Below are positions 24,081 through 33,459 of a stretch of 40,000 nt of DNA, in pieces. The translations under genes and the position numbers were made by a program. Location of the stretch: positions 3,523,622 through 3,563,621 of the forward strand of contig NZ_JBHUHI010000001.1 in assembly GCF_042682325.1 (NCBI RefSeq), given 5' to 3'. The DNA is from Paraburkholderia solisilvae. Its GTDB lineage: Bacteria; Pseudomonadota; Gammaproteobacteria; Burkholderiales; Burkholderiaceae. The notes below the pieces were generated by a model. The model did no database searches. It had not been told where the DNA came from and saw only the letters and a list, made by a program, of their open reading frames with translations. Numbering within the stretch: the first letter of the stretch is position 1; the number at the start of each line of letters is the position of its first letter.

Positions 24081-25811
24081 TTGCGCGATATCGGCGAGTT
24101 CATCAACCGGATCCCTGACAACCCGCTTCGGTCGCGTGTCAGGAAGCGCCGAGCGGAGGCGATTATCAAGCGTGCCGAGCGGTGTTACCGTATCGGTTAT
24201 CGGAATTTCAGCCAGCGGTCGAGCCGGATTCTGCCAATGAAAGTATCGACGTTCCAGGGTGACTTGCCCTTCGCAATGCGCCTCGCTCGAAAAATGCCCG
24301 TGCATAAAATCAGCATGGATGAAGCGTACCGGTCTATCAGGAACCGGCTCGCTCGCTACAGCGCGACCTCGGTTCTGAACGCGGCGTTGCACATGCTGTG
24401 GAATCCCCCTGCGGGCCGGCTGGAGGAACTGAGAAGTGCTCCGTGGTTGACCATGCTGATCGTCAAATGGGCGCTCCAAGACAACGCCGTAAGGCTACAA
24501 GCCGGCCCCGCGATCACGATAGCCGAGATGGACGAGATTCGGCAGAAGTTGTGGGACATGCCGGAGCATGTGCGCGATCCACAGCCGAAAAACATCTTCC
24601 TCATGCTCCGCAGCCTGATGCATCCGCAAGTAGAGTTCCAGCGAAAGGAAACCCGGAACTACATGCGGTGGGCTGCACTGTATGCGCGGCTGCCGAAGAA
24701 CGGTGCGGACCGACAGCAGTTCCGAGCCGCCTTCGGGATGGAACCGGACGATTTCCTCGCGCTCTCGTACGCCCTGTACGCGGCCGTGCTGAACGGGGAT
24801 GTCCCGCTAAGTCGCGACTGGATGATGCCTCTGCGCGCGACGTACGGCGACAAGGTCGACAGGATTTTCGATGTGTTCGCCCGGGACATGGTGACCCTGC
24901 GCGAGGAGTTGCAGAAGGACCCGGCGCAACGTATCCATGGAAAGAACGAGCTGTACGAATTCCCATACTTGAAGCGCTTTCCGCTGCTCCAGTTGCCTAA
25001 CGGACTGATCCATTGCTGGCATAGGCTGGTGTTCGCGCGCGGGGCCGAGGAAATCGTTCACCTGCGGCTCTCCGATCTCTTCGACTCGAAATATACGGCG
25101 TCTTTCAGTCGGGTGTTCGAGAGTTACGTCACCGAGCTCGCGGGGGAGTCGGGGCTGAGCCTGATGGACGAGGCCGAGTACAAGCGTCTCGTTGGCCCGC
25201 AGATGCCCTCGGTCGAAGCCATATTCGACGGCGATGATGATTGCAATGTCTTCGTCGAGGCGAAGCTGAGCAAGTTCGAAGACGACAGTATCGTGGAGGA
25301 CAGCCCGTTGTGGGCGCATAGAAAGATGCGGCGAGTGCGTGAAGCGCTTGAACAGGGATGGAAGGTGGGGAAGGTTGTTCGCGAGAACGAGGCTCTGGCG
25401 GCGCGCTTCGCAAAGCGAGAGGATTTCCTTCTGATCGTCACCAGCCGCGAGCTCTTTATCGGCGGTGGGCAAGCGCTGCAGCGCCTGATACCGGAAGAAC
25501 ACAGAGGCTATCCCGACGACGCCGCCGAGCACACGCTGCCGCTCTCGAACGTCTTCGTGATGGGAATAGAAGAATTCGAGCGGCTGGTGGGTGCGGTGCG
25601 CAAGGGCGAGGTCAATCTGCCACGGCTTTTGCGCGACGCCGCGATGGCCAATGACGACGGGGCAACCTCGCGAATGTTCTTCAGCGACTTCTTCCGGAGT
25701 CAGGTCGCCCCTACTGGATGGACAAGTCCTCGGCTAATCAAAGACGCACACGAAAGGGTGGACGCGCTGATTGCTCATGCGATGAACCTGCCGGCGGCTG
25801 AAGATGTGTAG
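24081..25811 (+). CDS. Large hypothetical protein with a PD-(D/E)xK-like nuclease motif
   Basis: FESYVTELAGESGL...VEAIFDGDDDCNVFVEAKLSKF is a D...ExK pattern. The start is uncertain; in-frame ATGs at 24237 and 24315 are alternatives. Confidence 0.8.
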   Translation: MRDIGEFINRIPDNPLRSRVRKRRAEAIIKRAERCYRIGYRNFSQRSSRILPMKVSTFQGDLPFAMRLARKMPVHKISMDEAYRSIRNRLARYSATSVLNAALHMLWNPPAGRLEELRSAPWLTMLIVKWALQDNAVRLQAGPAITIAEMDEIRQKLWDMPEHVRDPQPKNIFLMLRSLMHPQVEFQRKETRNYMRWAALYARLPKNGADRQQFRAAFGMEPDDFLALSYALYAAVLNGDVPLSRDWMMPLRATYGDKVDRIFDVFARDMVTLREELQKDPAQRIHGKNELYEFPYLKRFPLLQLPNGLIHCWHRLVFARGAEEIVHLRLSDLFDSKYTASFSRVFESYVTELAGESGLSLMDEAEYKRLVGPQMPSVEAIFDGDDDCNVFVEAKLSKFEDDSIVEDSPLWAHRKMRRVREALEQGWKVGKVVRENEALAARFAKREDFLLIVTSRELFIGGGQALQRLIPEEHRGYPDDAAEHTLPLSNVFVMGIEEFERLVGAVRKGEVNLPRLLRDAAMANDDGATSRMFFSDFFRSQVAPTGWTSPRLIKDAHERVDALIAHAMNLPAAEDV

Positions 25812-26480
25812 GCCTGACACCCCCGGATCAGGCGGTTCTGGAACGGCACGTGCGGCGCGGCCCACCGTGTCCGGTCCACACAAGGCGGTCGAACACAACG
25901 TAAAAGCGCCGCGCCATCGAGGCGATGACGGGGATGGCAGAGTAGCGTCTGTTGAGCCTTGGCAGGAGACATTGAGACAACGAGGTATCGCATCGCCGGA
26001 GAGGGTGGGTGCTGCGGTCCGCTAAAGGTCCGACCTACAGACCGCGTATGCCAATCGCATGAGGGCGGGGTCATGTACATTTGGTCGGGCGCCGCAGAGC
26101 TGGATGTTCCACGGCCGGCTGCATTCAGATAATAGACCTGGAGCTGAGGCAACCGCGACGCTGCAAACTATATTCAGGCGACGCACGCATAAGGTTCGCG
26201 CCGACTAAATGAGGCAGCTGTACGGTCCAACAAAAACTATCCTGACGCCGCTGAAGTCTGTCGCGAGTCCGATAAGACGCCAAGATGGGAACTACCAGGC
26301 CGGTTAACGTGCTATGGCCCCAGACTTGAAAACGTTCGGTCGACGGGTAACGAAGTACTATTTGCACGCGCGGTATTTGTGACGGTATGACCTAGCTATG
26401 TTTGCAAAAATGCACGTTCGCACACGTACTTATCAGTCGAGTTGACAATCGAGTGGGAGTGAATTTACGTCCTTCGAGGA

Positions 26481-26760
26481 CTATCGTCAGCTATCGAAAA
26501 ACTGCTGTAACGTGTTGATTTTCAAGTAAATACGTCGCGGTATCTATCGGTGGCTATCGCCGGCCAGCAAAATAAGTTGGCGGTAGAGCTGACGGTAAAA
26601 ATCGGGGCCGGATTAAGACATTCTCGTTCACTATTCAGACTTTTACCGTCTTTGACGGTAAAAGTCTTCTCGGGAAAGCTTGTTTTACGCGGCTTTCCGG
26701 GCATCAACAGGTCTCCCGATCCCTGACGGTAAAACCTGACGGTAAAGCCGTCAAAATACC
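26481..26760. repeat. Dense short-repeat region upstream of int (arm-type / accessory-protein binding-site candidates)
   Basis: GACGGTAAA(A/G) at 26591, 26654, 26725 and 26738 (+), with an inverted copy at 26641..26650. CTATCG-N3-GCTATCG at 26481..26496 and 26544..26559. Degenerate copies at 26341 and 26381. Confidence 0.6.
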
Positions 26761-26773
26761 GGAGGAAACCTCG

Positions 26774-28030
26774 ATGCTCACCGACGCTGCACTACGCAAT
26801 CTGAAGCCTAAGTCCAAGATTTATAAGGCTTCTGACCGGGACGGGATGTACGTGACGGTATCGACCAGCGGTACCGTCACCTTCCGCTACGATTACCGTC
26901 TCAATGGTCGCCGCGAAACGCTGACCCTCGGGCGCTATGGCCCTGACGGTATTTCGCTGGCGATGGCGCGTGAACTACTTATAGACGCACGCAAAGCCCT
27001 TCTCAAAGGCATCTCGCCCGCGCTTGAAAAGCAGCGCGAGAAACGCCGCGTGACCGACATCAAGACCTTCGGCGCGGCGATGGGCACATTTTTGGCTCAT
27101 GCCCGATGGGCCGACAGCACCCGCGCTGCACGCAAGCACATCATTGACCGGGACATCCTGCCGGTTTTCCGCAATCGCCTGCTGACCGAAATCCAGCCTG
27201 ACGACCTGCGGACTTTGTGTAGCAAGGTCAAGGAGCGTGGGGCACCGGCTACGGCGGTGCAGATTCGGGACATCGTGAAGCAGGTCTACGTCTACGCCAT
27301 CGCTCACGGGGAAAAGGTGGACAACCCCGCCGACAGCGTGGGGCCATCCACGATCGCTACCTTCGTGCCGAAGGATCGCGCCTTGTCGCCGTTGGAAATC
27401 CGGCTGATGGTGCAGCAGATGGAATCGGTGGCGACCTATCCGACCATCAAGCTAGCGTTGCGCCTGATCCTGCTGACGCTGGTACGCAAAAGCGAATTGA
27501 TTCAGGCCACGTGGGATGAGGTCGATTTCGAGAACAAGACCTGGACAATTCCTAAGCAGCGGATGAAAGGGCGTAATCCGCATGTGGTCTATCTGTCGCG
27601 CCAGGCGCTCGACATTTTCGTGACGCTGCACGCTTGCGCGGCCGGCTCAAGGTTTGTTTTCCCATCTCGTTACGATGCACACCGGTACATGTCCAATGCA
27701 ACCTTGAATCGGGTCACAGGACTCGTGGCAGAGGCCGCACAAGCCAAGGGGCTGCCGCTGCAATCGTTCACCGTCCATGATCTGCGCCGTACCGGCTCGA
27801 CGCTGTTGAACGAAATCGGCTTCAACCGTGACTGGATCGAGAAGTGTCTGGCGCACGAGGAGGGACGTTCTTCCCGTGCGGTTTATAACAAGGCCGAGTA
27901 CGGCGAGCAGCGGCGCCACATGCTGCAAGAGTGGGCCAACATGGTCGGGGCTTGGGGCGAAGGGCAGGCCTATGTGCCGAAGCTGATGCCGGAGAACATA
28001 GTCGTGCCAGCGTTGAGTGCGACGGTTTGA
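26774..28030 (+). CDS. int: Tyrosine integrase, P4-like with a DUF4102 N-terminal arm-binding domain
   Basis: GGAGGA lies 7 nt upstream. MLTDAALRNLKPKSKIYKASDRDGMYVTVSTSGTVTFRYDYRLNGRRETLTLGRY, and the catalytic region FTVHDLRRTGSTLL ... IEKCLAHEEGRSSRAVYNKAEY. Confidence 0.95.
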   Translation: MLTDAALRNLKPKSKIYKASDRDGMYVTVSTSGTVTFRYDYRLNGRRETLTLGRYGPDGISLAMARELLIDARKALLKGISPALEKQREKRRVTDIKTFGAAMGTFLAHARWADSTRAARKHIIDRDILPVFRNRLLTEIQPDDLRTLCSKVKERGAPATAVQIRDIVKQVYVYAIAHGEKVDNPADSVGPSTIATFVPKDRALSPLEIRLMVQQMESVATYPTIKLALRLILLTLVRKSELIQATWDEVDFENKTWTIPKQRMKGRNPHVVYLSRQALDIFVTLHACAAGSRFVFPSRYDAHRYMSNATLNRVTGLVAEAAQAKGLPLQSFTVHDLRRTGSTLLNEIGFNRDWIEKCLAHEEGRSSRAVYNKAEYGEQRRHMLQEWANMVGAWGEGQAYVPKLMPENIVVPALSATV

Positions 28031-28050
28031 GCTGGCCGGCTTGCCTTAAT

Positions 28051-28087
28051 GGCCGGAGTTGACAAAAAGTCAACTCCGGCCTATCCT
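28051..28087 (+). promoter_or_regulatory. Perfect 13-bp-arm palindrome overlapping a candidate sigma70 promoter for higBA (it could also terminate int)
   Basis: ggccggagttgac-aaaaa-gtcaactccggcc (28051..28081). TTGACA (28059..28064), then 17 nt, then TATCCT (28082..28087). higB ATG is at 28111. Confidence 0.5.
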
Positions 28088-28110
28088 CTTATCTGCGAGC
28101 ATGGACCGAG

Positions 28111-28422
28111 ATGCACGTCATATCCAGAAAGCCGTTCAGCGATGCAGCAAAGGCTTATCCGAACGATGCCGAGGCGATCGACCGCACCTACCGGGTGCTG
28201 CGATCCGGAGATTTCGATACACCCCAAGCACTGCGACAGGTTTTTCCGTCGCTGGATAACTTCAAGTACAAGGACAAGTGGTGGGTGCTGGACATCGGCG
28301 GCAACAATCTTCGACTGATTACCTTCATCGAGTTTCGCGACAACCGCATGTACGTCAAGCACATCACAACCCATGCCGAGTACGACAAGCTTTGCAAACG
28401 CTACCGGAAGGAGGGCGACTGA
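28111..28422 (+). CDS. higB: Type II toxin HigB (mRNA interferase)
   Basis: MHVISRKPFSDAAKAYP...VFPSLDNFKYKDKWWVLDIGGNNLRLITFIEF...THAEYDKL closely parallels E. coli HigB (FPSLDNFKY motif). Confidence 0.92.
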   Translation: MHVISRKPFSDAAKAYPNDAEAIDRTYRVLRSGDFDTPQALRQVFPSLDNFKYKDKWWVLDIGGNNLRLITFIEFRDNRMYVKHITTHAEYDKLCKRYRKEGD

Positions 28423-28423
28423 A

Positions 28424-28840
28424 ATGGGATTTGCCGCCATCAAGGAACGAGCCCATGCCTTGTTCGACGAGGCGGGCTTCATTGGCCATATCGCCAATGA
28501 AGGTGATTATGCCCAGGCACTGGCCTTGATGGATGAACTGGTCGAAGACTACGAGGCCAATCGCCCGCTGATCGCGATCCTAGCCCGTTCCATCGAAATC
28601 TGGGAAAACGAGTCCGACGAGTTTGCGGCGTTCAACGCGCGCGTGGCGAAGCTGGGTGGCGTTGACGTGCTCCGGTTGCTGATGGAGCAGCATGGGTTGG
28701 GCGTGGCCGATCTACCGGAGATTGGGAGCAAGTCGCTGGTGTCGAAGATTCTCAATGGCCGAGGCCGCAATCTGACTCGCGACCACATCGCGGCATTGAG
28801 CAAGCGGTTCTCAGTCAGCCCGGCTATTTTCTTCGGTTGA
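28424..28840 (+). CDS. higA: Antitoxin HigA (XRE-type HTH)
   Basis: EGDYAQALALMDELVED...IEIWENESDEFAAFNA...LRLLMEQHGLGVADLPEIGSKSLVSKILNGRGRNLTRDHIAALSKRFSVSPAIFF. The start is 1 nt after the higB stop. Confidence 0.92.
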   Translation: MGFAAIKERAHALFDEAGFIGHIANEGDYAQALALMDELVEDYEANRPLIAILARSIEIWENESDEFAAFNARVAKLGGVDVLRLLMEQHGLGVADLPEIGSKSLVSKILNGRGRNLTRDHIAALSKRFSVSPAIFFG

Positions 28841-29011
28841 GTTGATTCCTGCGCCGGTGCATGGGGGTAGCGCGTCGATCTGGCACTTGGCGGACGTGTT
28901 GAACGTGGCGTAGATGGCTTTGCCGGTTAACGTGAAGGGAAGGCTCGCGGTTGCCGCGCCCGGCGTCCCAGGAGCTGGAAGCCTTGTCTGGATGTGAGTT
29001 GCTGCCCGGTC

Positions 29012-29392
29012 TTATTCCTCACTCGAACCCGCCCGAACAGGGCGGGTTTTTCGTAGGTGGACATCCGGCTTCGAGATGCCGCGAGGGGCTTGCTTGCGCC
29101 GCTCGATCCACGCTTCCACTTCAGCCAAATCCCACACTACGCAGCGCGGCGTCAGATTGAAGCGGCGGGGGAACTCGCCGCGTCGCTCCATTTCGTAGAT
29201 CGTCGTTTCGGCGAGGGGGACTATCTGCCGCAGTTCCTGGCGACGAATGGTGCGTCGGAAGGGAAGAGGATTACCCTTCGGAAATTGTGGCAGCGCCTCG
29301 TAGGCTTCCGTCCCTGGCAAAGGGAGTGACTGGTCGGCATCGATGTTGGCTGCGCTGGATGTTTGCGATAGCTGTTCCACTTCGGACTCCAT
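29012..29392 (-). CDS. alpA: AlpA-family HTH regulator/excisionase-like protein with an N-terminal extension
   Basis: IRRQELRQIVPLAETTIYEMERRGEFPRRFNLTPRCVVWDLAEVEAWIERR is the AlpA/MerR-type HTH. The start is uncertain (ATG 29392 or 29428). Confidence 0.75.
   Translation of the reverse strand: MESEVEQLSQTSSAANIDADQSLPLPGTEAYEALPQFPKGNPLPFRRTIRRQELRQIVPLAETTIYEMERRGEFPRRFNLTPRCVVWDLAEVEAWIERRKQAPRGISKPDVHLRKTRPVRAGSSEE
29026..29051 (+). terminator. Rho-independent terminator-like hairpin (plus strand)
   Basis: aacccgccc-gaaca-gggcgggtt followed by ttttt. It lies within the last codons of the minus-strand alpA-like ORF. Confidence 0.5.
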
Positions 29393-29518
29393 GAGCACGC
29401 TGCATGGAGACATTGTGAAGTTCAGCACCTATCGAGACAACTTGCTGCGGCGTAGCGCAGCGAATTCGGGGGAGGTCGATGTCCACCAGTCTCTGCCTTC
29501 CGATCTCAACATCGAACT

Positions 29519-31315
29519 CTATGGGACTTGATCGTAGTCGAACTTGCACGCTGCCAGTTTCCGAGTCGCTTCGTATTCCTTTCCGGAATATTGCGTGCGA
29601 CCGCGTTCCGAGATAAGGTGCAGATTTTTCCGGGCACGAGATCCGATGACGTAGAGCAATTTCATCGCGCTTTCTTGGCCGTTTGGATCGTTGAAGTGGG
29701 GCACTATATCTTCAAGAAGGGCGTAGGCGATCACAGTATCGAACTCCGCTCCTTTCACGCCGTGGATCGTTGAAATGGTTATCCCCGTGCGGCTTTGAAA
29801 GACCTTACGGAATGTCTCGATGCCCCCGATAAATTCAGTCCCTTCTTTTTTCAGTCGATCAATTCTGACTTGAGAGCTTTCAAAGAATGCTTTATGGTGT
29901 TCTTGAAGTAGTGGGAAAAGCCGAAAATCTATGACTAGGTTAAAGAATAGAGTCTCAAAGAATTTCTGAAGATAGGCGAGTCCGTCACCCTCATCGATCC
30001 GGATTTTATTGCATTCTTTGAGTAGCGATTTTCTAGTGAGGCCGGAAGTGCTCACGCCGACGGTCTCCAGGTCATTCAGAATTTCCCCGGCCCATCGTAG
30101 TCTGCGTACGTACATGCTCGGCGATGCTTGTGTCAAAGCAATCTTCGCAAGCTTGTACCAAAAATTGTCTGTGTCCCGAGCGAAGGGAACCATGCCTGGA
30201 CCATCGAATGAATACTCTGGCATGCTGGCAACCAAGCGGCGCGTCATGCTTGCCAGATGCACCCACTGCGGCGCAAGTATGCAGATCTCGTGAGGAACAA
30301 TTCCCTTGGTCTGGATGTTGAAACGAATCAGTCGAATCAACTCATTTTCCAGATCTTCCTTGCTGACCGTCGTGTTAAAAGAGATCAGGCTTTGATAGCT
30401 CTTGTCTTTAGACTCAGATTCGATCTTGGTTGCATGGACGTTGAAGTTGCCAAAATATTCGATGATGCGTTCAGAAGAACGATAGTTCTTTGAAAGTTCG
30501 AGTTCGTCAATATCGATTCCCGCCATGGCCTTGAAATCTTCATAAGCCATCGGGTAGCCACCGAGTGTCTGGTAAATTGCCTGATTGGGGTCTCCTACAA
30601 TCAGGGTTTTCGTCGTGCCTTGGCCGGCTCTCAGAATTGAAGTGATGATTGAATACTGGATTCGTTTAGTGTCTTGATACTCATCTACCAGAACGAAGGC
30701 AAACAATTTGCTCAAAATGGCACTAATGGCTGGGCGGCTGACAATTAACTGATGGGCGTAGAATAGAATTAACTCGAAATCTATTTCTCTGTTTTTTATT
30801 AGAATGTCAAAATAACCTTCCAGTATCTTATGTAAGCCATCATGCTTCCAATCCTGCTGGCATGAAAGGATGTAGCCGGTTTCGGTAAAATAGAAATCGC
30901 AGTCCCAGAAAGTAATTTTGGGCTTTTTGTACGGTTCGCACAGCTTTTCTAAAATCTTCTCGCGCTCATGTTGGTCGATGACGCGAAAGCCGCGCTTCAG
31001 AGCATCGTGATAGATGCCATATGGTTTCAATATCCATTCCAAGCAAAAGGAGTGGATGGTTCCAATCCACAGCTGGGACGTGTCTACCCCCAAATCCTCG
31101 ATCCGTTCGTGAATCTCGTCAGCCGCACGATGCGTATAGGTGATGGCGATGACAAATTGTTTTTTTGACTCCAGTCGAGATAGCTCATATGCAATCTTGT
31201 AGGTCAGGGTCCGAGTTTTACCGCTCCCTGGGCAGGCGACAAGAAATACACTGCCAGGGTGCAGGATTGCCGCATCCTGCTCAGGGTTCAGGTCGTCGTT
31301 ATCCCACGTGAACAT
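29519..31315 (-). CDS. gajB: UvrD/Rep-type SF1 helicase, Gabija GajB-like
   Basis: Walker A VACPGSGKTRTLTYKIAY, VLVDEYQDT, IVGDPNQAIY, and TIHGVKGAEFDTVI. The start is 2 nt after the gajA-like stop. Confidence 0.85.
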   Translation of the reverse strand: MFTWDNDDLNPEQDAAILHPGSVFLVACPGSGKTRTLTYKIAYELSRLESKKQFVIAITYTHRAADEIHERIEDLGVDTSQLWIGTIHSFCLEWILKPYGIYHDALKRGFRVIDQHEREKILEKLCEPYKKPKITFWDCDFYFTETGYILSCQQDWKHDGLHKILEGYFDILIKNREIDFELILFYAHQLIVSRPAISAILSKLFAFVLVDEYQDTKRIQYSIITSILRAGQGTTKTLIVGDPNQAIYQTLGGYPMAYEDFKAMAGIDIDELELSKNYRSSERIIEYFGNFNVHATKIESESKDKSYQSLISFNTTVSKEDLENELIRLIRFNIQTKGIVPHEICILAPQWVHLASMTRRLVASMPEYSFDGPGMVPFARDTDNFWYKLAKIALTQASPSMYVRRLRWAGEILNDLETVGVSTSGLTRKSLLKECNKIRIDEGDGLAYLQKFFETLFFNLVIDFRLFPLLQEHHKAFFESSQVRIDRLKKEGTEFIGGIETFRKVFQSRTGITISTIHGVKGAEFDTVIAYALLEDIVPHFNDPNGQESAMKLLYVIGSRARKNLHLISERGRTQYSGKEYEATRKLAACKFDYDQVP

Positions 31316-31317
31316 GA

Positions 31318-33459
31318 TCAGAACACCTTGAGCACGTCATTGATGCGATCATCGGGAAATGCAGCAAGCACCTCGTTCCGGATGCTCACGAAGTCGATTT
31401 CCCCGTTCAAGAAGGCCGTTAGCTTTTGTCGGAACGCATTGCATTGTTCCGTGGTTGCGGCAGAAAAAATATCTTCTTCTTGAAGCTTCAGCCGATAGCT
31501 CAGAACGTTGAACCAGACTTCCTTCTTGACTACCGGATGAGCGAAGGCAACGGCGCGGAGAATATATTCCGGGATGGCTGCATCTGAATCGATTTTCTTG
31601 CCAAGCAGGATGGCGAGCCAGCCTTTGCCGTAGTTATCGGCAATCGTCAATGCCCGCTGTCCGTAGAGCGCCACATCTGCGGATTCGAGATCCGCCTTGG
31701 CTGTAGCGATGGTGGCCTTGTCCTTGTATACCTCGGGAAGAATGCCGACTACTTTTCGTGCGTTGCCTGCCGAGACGAAATCGACTTCAAACGTATGTGA
31801 TGCGAAGAATGACGCAATCCACGGGTTTCCATTGAATGCCGCTTCCAACGCAGCCTTCCTCGCGATTCCCTTCTCTTGGGACGCCTGGTACTTCTTCTTG
31901 CGCTGCTGCACCGCTTCGGGCTCGCCGGCTATGAGAGTCGTGTCGATGATGGCCTTATCGAGGTCGGTGACGATACTGCATCGCTTCCGAATTCGATCGC
32001 TATGGAAAAGGGCAGCGACGTTCTGGAAGCCGGTGCTTCTTATATTAATGAGGCTGATGCCAAGTTCATCCAGGCTTACTCCAAATACCTTTTTGATGAG
32101 TATCGGGATCAAAATCTCTTCGGCGTCGCCTTCGACTAAGACTACGCTTTTCGCGAATAACAGGTTGCTGCGCACCGCGTCCAAGTAGCGTTGGACGTTA
32201 CCGATCTCTTCATCTGTGAGGCCGGCCGTCGGCTGATAGGCTTCGCATCGATCAGGCTCTCTGCCAAGAATGTTCATATTCTGAACATTGCTGACCTCTG
32301 AAATATGCGACGAGTGGGTAGAGTAGATAATCTGCGTCTCGTCGTACTGGATGCGATCAAATAGCGTCTTTTGAATGTGTGTGTGAATATGGGCTTCCGG
32401 CTCTTCAATCAACAGAAAGTTTGCTATCGATTGTTTGGCCTTCTGGTACTTGAATTCCAGTAGTTTCAACGTGAGAAATATCAAATTGGCCCCACCAAGG
32501 CTTAGCTCGTGGATTGGTCCTTCATAGCCCTCTGTTGACTCCCCAACAAACAGCTTGAGCGACTGGAATAGTCTGTCAGCTTCATCCGGAAGATCTGATT
32601 TGATCGATAGAGAGGCAGGCGAGTACGCCTCGCCGGCAGCGTCCTTGATGGTGTCTCGTATGTCGGTGCGAACAACCTGGACATCCTGTAAGGACTCTAT
32701 CGAGTCATTCAGAGCTTTCACCCCATCGGTGATGGCCTGAAAGGCCACGGGATCGATGTCGCCGCTCTTAGCCTTCAGTAGCGATAGAAGGGGGTTTGTC
32801 CGGTTGTTGTGAAATTCAGATACTACGTCTCGCAGTGCCTGAACAAACGTGAAAGATATTTCCTTGGAAACGGATAGCACGCTTGGAATTTTAGCGCCGA
32901 TTACAGGGAATTCAATTTCCTCACTGAATCTGGCGTTTTCGAAATCGCCAACGACTTCCTTATAAAATTTATCGTCATTGAAGTCCGCTGCACTTCGGCC
33001 TGTAAATATCGTCTCGTAGTCTTCTATGGATATTGAGTTCTGAATTGCAGCAAGGCCGTCGTGATCGCCATCATCCAGTTGGGACAGGCTGAGGCGAATT
33101 TCTTTCTTGGGGCGGAAAATCAGGTTGTAAGTTGCTCGTCCGACAGGCTCGTCGTCGACGATTCCGGCCCCATGGCAGAACAACGCTTGAACAGCTTCGT
33201 CGGCCGAGATTTCTTCAAATTCCAGGCTGATGATGATCCAATGTCCTTGCCATTTCTCTAAGCCGCGATGGAAGTCAGTCGAATCCAGGCGGTAGGCAGA
33301 CCGGATCATGTTGTCATCGAGCAATAGCCTGATCGCGCGGAATAGGTTGGTTTTCCCTGACCCATTCTCGCCAATGATGGTGTTAACGCCCTTATTGAAT
33401 AGGAGTTTCGTATTCGCGAAATTTCTGTAGTTGATCAGGCTGAGCTTGGAAATGTGCAT
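31318..33459 (-). CDS. gajA: OLD-family ATPase + Toprim nuclease, Gabija GajA-like (713 aa)
   Basis: ISKLSLINYRNF...IIGENGSGKTNLFRAIRLLL (Walker A), LSLGGANLIFL, LLIEEPEAHIH (Walker B), and STHSSH. Toprim: VVLVEGDAEEILIP ... SIVTDLD. Confidence 0.85.
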   Translation of the reverse strand: MHISKLSLINYRNFANTKLLFNKGVNTIIGENGSGKTNLFRAIRLLLDDNMIRSAYRLDSTDFHRGLEKWQGHWIIISLEFEEISADEAVQALFCHGAGIVDDEPVGRATYNLIFRPKKEIRLSLSQLDDGDHDGLAAIQNSISIEDYETIFTGRSAADFNDDKFYKEVVGDFENARFSEEIEFPVIGAKIPSVLSVSKEISFTFVQALRDVVSEFHNNRTNPLLSLLKAKSGDIDPVAFQAITDGVKALNDSIESLQDVQVVRTDIRDTIKDAAGEAYSPASLSIKSDLPDEADRLFQSLKLFVGESTEGYEGPIHELSLGGANLIFLTLKLLEFKYQKAKQSIANFLLIEEPEAHIHTHIQKTLFDRIQYDETQIIYSTHSSHISEVSNVQNMNILGREPDRCEAYQPTAGLTDEEIGNVQRYLDAVRSNLLFAKSVVLVEGDAEEILIPILIKKVFGVSLDELGISLINIRSTGFQNVAALFHSDRIRKRCSIVTDLDKAIIDTTLIAGEPEAVQQRKKKYQASQEKGIARKAALEAAFNGNPWIASFFASHTFEVDFVSAGNARKVVGILPEVYKDKATIATAKADLESADVALYGQRALTIADNYGKGWLAILLGKKIDSDAAIPEYILRAVAFAHPVVKKEVWFNVLSYRLKLQEEDIFSAATTEQCNAFRQKLTAFLNGEIDFVSIRNEVLAAFPDDRINDVLKVF

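Noticed and set aside
23964-24479. 171-aa minus-strand ORF between the HEPN-like and PD-(D/E)xK-like genes
   Set aside because: No motif was found. It overlaps the plus-strand frame that continues into a 576-aa ORF. A short alternative frame (..GHKVIEMLESKQAQISGGEGLVTA*) hints at a remnant, but I cannot identify it.
24601-25532. Minus-strand ORFs of 121, 241, 105 and 94 aa inside gene 24081..25811
   Set aside because: They are antisense shadows in GC-rich coding sequence.
25812-26770. Search for a tRNA/tmRNA gene, group II intron 5' end or IS terminus next to the P4-type integrase
   Set aside because: I found no cloverleaf-compatible sequence with a T-loop GTTCGAATC-type motif, no intron domain V-like element and no RT ORF. 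Nothing could be supported by eye, and this needs tRNAscan-SE or Infernal.
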